DNA of 64,000 bases from Macrostomum hystrix. Lineage: Eukaryota > Animalia > Platyhelminthes. The stretch is taken from assembly GCA_950097015.1 (NCBI GenBank), contig CATNEN010000029.1:5022001-5086000 (forward strand), read 5' to 3'. Of the stretch, positions 60,950 to 64,000 are shown piece by piece. Numbering within the stretch: position 1 is the first letter of the stretch; every line of letters starts with the position of its first letter. The notes below the pieces were generated by a model. The model saw nothing but the letters and a program-made list of their open reading frames with translations. It searched no databases and was not told the origin of the DNA. The position numbers were made by a program, and so were the translations under genes.

Positions 60950-61085
60950 TGATAATAATGATAATAACGCATTACAACTGCCCCAATTGGGCCTGATGCG
61001 CAGCCGACAGCACAGCCGCGGCTACTGCGCTGCGCATCCAAAGGCTGTGTACAACAATTCAGTCCATGGACTGGTGGGGATGAGA
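60950..61085 (-). mobile_element. SINE family 1, 5'-truncated copy
   Basis: Reverse complement of the family 1 3' domain, including CAGTCCATGGACTG, cccaattgggg and a TTA tail. Confidence 0.78.
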
Positions 61086-61479
61086 GGCGCCGTGCCTGCA
61101 CAAATTTCTACCCCAGCAAAAGTACATAAAAAACCCAGTGAATCTTGTTTGAGATCTACACTAGAAAATTCATAAATGGAAAACGCCATGCAGTGGGAAG
61201 ATATCATCTTTTGCCAACGTGATTGCATGCAAATTTGAGGAGAGAATAATATGCGAGGCCGAAATCTGCTTTCTGAGTTCCTTCGGGATCTGGATCAGTT
61301 CTCAGTCTCAATGATTCTATTTTATCTCACTATTTCACTCCCTATCGTATGCGTCTCAACTGTCTCAGTCATTGGTGATGAATTATGAAAGGCCTATGGC
61401 ACTGAAAAAGATTGATTTTCTGATAGCAGCTCCACTAGATTCTCGCTCAGAATTGCAGCACTGTGTTTCGCTGCTTTAT

Positions 61480-61690
61480 TAACTCACGACTTAAAGGTCG
61501 GGGGTTCGATTCCTGATGACATTGGGACAATTTGTGTCCTTTTAGCAAGACACAACTCTGCATTGCTGGAGTTCAACCAGCTGTTAAATGGGTCCCAGAA
61601 TTAGTTGGGGTAGTTGAGAATGGGTGTGGCGTCCCCCCCAGTCCATGGACTGAACAGCCGTACGCAGACTTCAGATGCGCCGCGCAATAT
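61480..61690 (+). mobile_element. SINE family 1 copy, truncated at both ends
   Basis: ctcacgacttaaaggtcgggggttcgattcc, then the CORE-like body and the palindrome. Confidence 0.8.
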
Positions 61691-62129
61691 ATTTATAAGC
61701 AACTTCAGCATGGCTGTTTTTGTTTCTAACAACCAAACTGGAGACAAAAAAGTAATTCTAGTGTCCTCTCAGCCTTCTAAACCAGCACAAGTAGTGCAGG
61801 CAAACTAGTAAAGTGCTCTATTTTATTTCATCGATTAGCATTTTGCAGTCAGTTTGAGCTCTAGGAGCAGTTGGCAGAACTTAGGAACGTAAACATTTTA
61901 ACTCTGGGTCTCAGTGTTTTGTGTGCTTCAATACGGACTGAAATATTCAAATGCAGTTTCTTTTTTTAGTATTTATTATAGCTGTCTGTGTTCATTTTAC
62001 ACCCTAGCTGTAACTATTACACTCAAACTAGTCGGCTAGTAAAAGCTGAGGAAATGGAGAGTAAGACAAAGCAGGTAAAAATGATGAAGATAGATAAGTA
62101 GACGCATGGACTACAAGTAATATAGTTGT

Positions 62130-62240
62130 GCGAGATGCACAGTGGCACAGCCTCAGCAATTGCGCAGCGCATACAAAGGCTGTGCACATCTGTTCAGTCC
62201 ATGGACTGGGGGAAGCCGCCAGTCCATGGACTTCTCTATC
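62130..62240 (-). mobile_element. SINE family 1, 3' fragment with a duplicated palindrome
   Basis: gcgcagcgcatac..ggctgtgcac..gttcagtccatggactggggg, followed by a second cagtccatggact. Confidence 0.65.
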
Positions 62241-62329
62241 CCAGTGAGAAGTGTGACTGGTTGGCACTAAAGCCACAAGCGAGAAATCAGAGAACAGCAT
62301 AGTGCAGAGAGCTACCGGAGAAAACGACA

Positions 62330-62505
62330 CGGGAGAAACAGATGGGGGGAGAAAGACAGGGGAGAAAGACAGGGGAGAAAGACAGGGGAGAAAGACAGGG
62401 GAGAAAGACAGGGGAGAAAGACACGGGAGAAAGACACGGGAGAAAGACACGGGAGAAAGACACGGGAGAAACAGATGTGAGGAGAAAGACAGGGGAGAAC
62501 GACAG
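62330..62505. repeat. Purine-rich 14-bp repeat GGGGAGAAAGACAG / CGGGAGAAAGACA
   Basis: Direct inspection. Confidence 0.88.
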
Positions 62506-63029
62506 ACATATAGAGTAGGAGAGAAGCAGAATTCTAGACTCAGCCGAAAATATGTGCGTTGCATACTCAGCAGTCAAGAGCTCACTCTTGTAGATCCTCA
62601 GGACGTGAGCAAGTCCTCTAAACTCCCAATGCCTAGCGGGATGGCGAGACGAAGCAGAGAGCAATACACAAGGGCTGTCGAGGTAAAAATCACTTTTGCA
62701 ACTCCTAATTTTAGTCGAATATGTGTCCCAATGTTTATTGCTGTTCTGCTTCTAGCCTGCGGTTACCAGGCAGTAAAACTGCATAAACTAGCTTAGTTGT
62801 TTTCTACTCGTATATTAAGAAGTAATTCAAGCGATTGAGGCGTTGAAATGGTTCCAAACAACCAAGAAGCATACATCAGAGTATTTCAAACTGCGAGTCA
62901 CAATATCAGCGCGACGGCTCGGAATAATTTACGACTGAGTTTTTAATCTTTCTTTGTTTTACTTCTTTGCTTTCTTTTTTTACTAGCAAAATTTCACGCA
63001 ACAATTACTTTGAGACTATATACAGGGTA

Positions 63030-63165
63030 AAGAGGTATAGAGAGTAGGGAGAGAGGCATAGAGAGTAGCGAGAGAGGAATAGAGAGTAGGGAGAGAGGAA
63101 TGGAGAGTAGGGAGAGAGGAATGGAGAGTAGGGAGAGAGGAATAGAGAGTAGGGAGAGAGGCAAA
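63030..63165. repeat. Purine-rich 21-bp repeat GAGAGTAGGGAGAGAGGAATA
   Basis: Direct inspection. Confidence 0.85.
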
Positions 63166-63509
63166 GAGAGTTGGGGGTGGTAAGGAGAGTTGGGAGAGTG
63201 ACTGAGGATGAGAGGGGATTGGGGAGTTTTATCCCACTCCTTATCCAGTGAATTACCAGTCTTTCTTCCCCAGTAAAAAACAACTGAGATCTGACTGCTT
63301 TTTACAGTTTCGTTGCACTTAAAATATTGCGTGAGCTGATTTCATATTGTGGTCTCAAACCTGAAAAGCTTTTCAGAGAAGTTCTGAAGTGTCTGAGAAG
63401 TGTTATTAGAGTTGTCCATTTAGCCTTTTAATCACCACAGTCTGTGCGTCACTCATTCCTTTTTTCTATTGAACTTGCCTCTGCAATCTTTTTTAATCGA
63501 CGGAGCTTA

Positions 63510-63690
63510 TCGTCCAGGACTTCGTGAGTTCGAATTTCAGCCAAAAGAGAAACTGATTGTGTGCTTGGGCGAGACACCTAATTCCCGATTGATTCCATTT
63601 ATTCAGCTGCTAAATTTCCTTTGGTATCAGTCCATGGACTGAGCAGTTGTACACAGCCACTTACTGTACATCTGCAGTGTGTACAACTTC
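63510..63690 (+). mobile_element. Older SINE family 1 relative
   Basis: gagttcgaatttcagcc, tgtgtgcttgggcgagacacctaa (CORE-like), cagtccatggactgagcagttgtacacagcc. Confidence 0.6.
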
Positions 63691-64000
63691 TTTCAACAAC
63701 GGTGCAGCAGATTCTTACTCTTTGAAAAAAAACAAAGAAAATATTTTCGGATTTTAACAAATCACAGGTTAAAAAATCTAGCAGATTAAAAGTGGCCCGC
63801 CGTTATCTAAAATAAAAAAGTGAAAATTTCTCAAATGCAGTCTAGCACAGCTGATATTTCACTTTTGTACAGTAAAAATTGTACTGAAAAGGGGCAGAAC
63901 TAGTTTCCTAATCGCGGGCTTCCGTCTGCAGGGAGACGGGGCGACAGGTTTAAAGTGGATTAACTCCAGTAAGAAATCAATAAATCAGAGATTTTAAGTC

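Noticed and set aside
62560-62800. ORF fragments on both strands next to the 14-bp purine repeat
   Set aside because: Partly repeat-derived. A possible minus-strand exon (WEFRGLAHVLRIYK) has no linkable partner exons.

Overview
Eukaryotic (metazoan) genomic DNA with spliceosomal introns. The mix of many locus-specific minisatellites, ~40-bp mini-introns, GC-rich exons and tRNA-derived SINEs suggests a Macrostomum-like free-living flatworm; this is inference, not a database result. Hand-assembled gene models: a FoxF forkhead gene (minus strand, runs off the left edge); a 5-exon 186-aa neuronal-calcium-sensor-like protein with degenerate EF loops; two single-exon class A GPCRs; a 4-exon 152-aa single-pass membrane orphan missing from the ORF track; a 6-exon ~911-aa MSH4-like protein whose ATPase motifs are all destroyed although its frame and splice sites are intact; and two tandem 5-exon DHDH paralogs with a patchwork of identical and diverged exon tracts. 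About 30 unrelated mini/microsatellite arrays cover roughly a third of the window and fill many introns almost edge to edge. Two tRNA-derived SINE families are present. One is CORE-like, carries a conserved 14-bp palindrome and has one full-length copy with a 12-bp TSD. The strongest candidate novelty is the apparently catalytically dead MutS-gamma (MSH4) paralog. Most long ORFs in the supplied track are artefacts of translating tandem repeats. All exon boundaries were read by eye and need RNA-seq confirmation.
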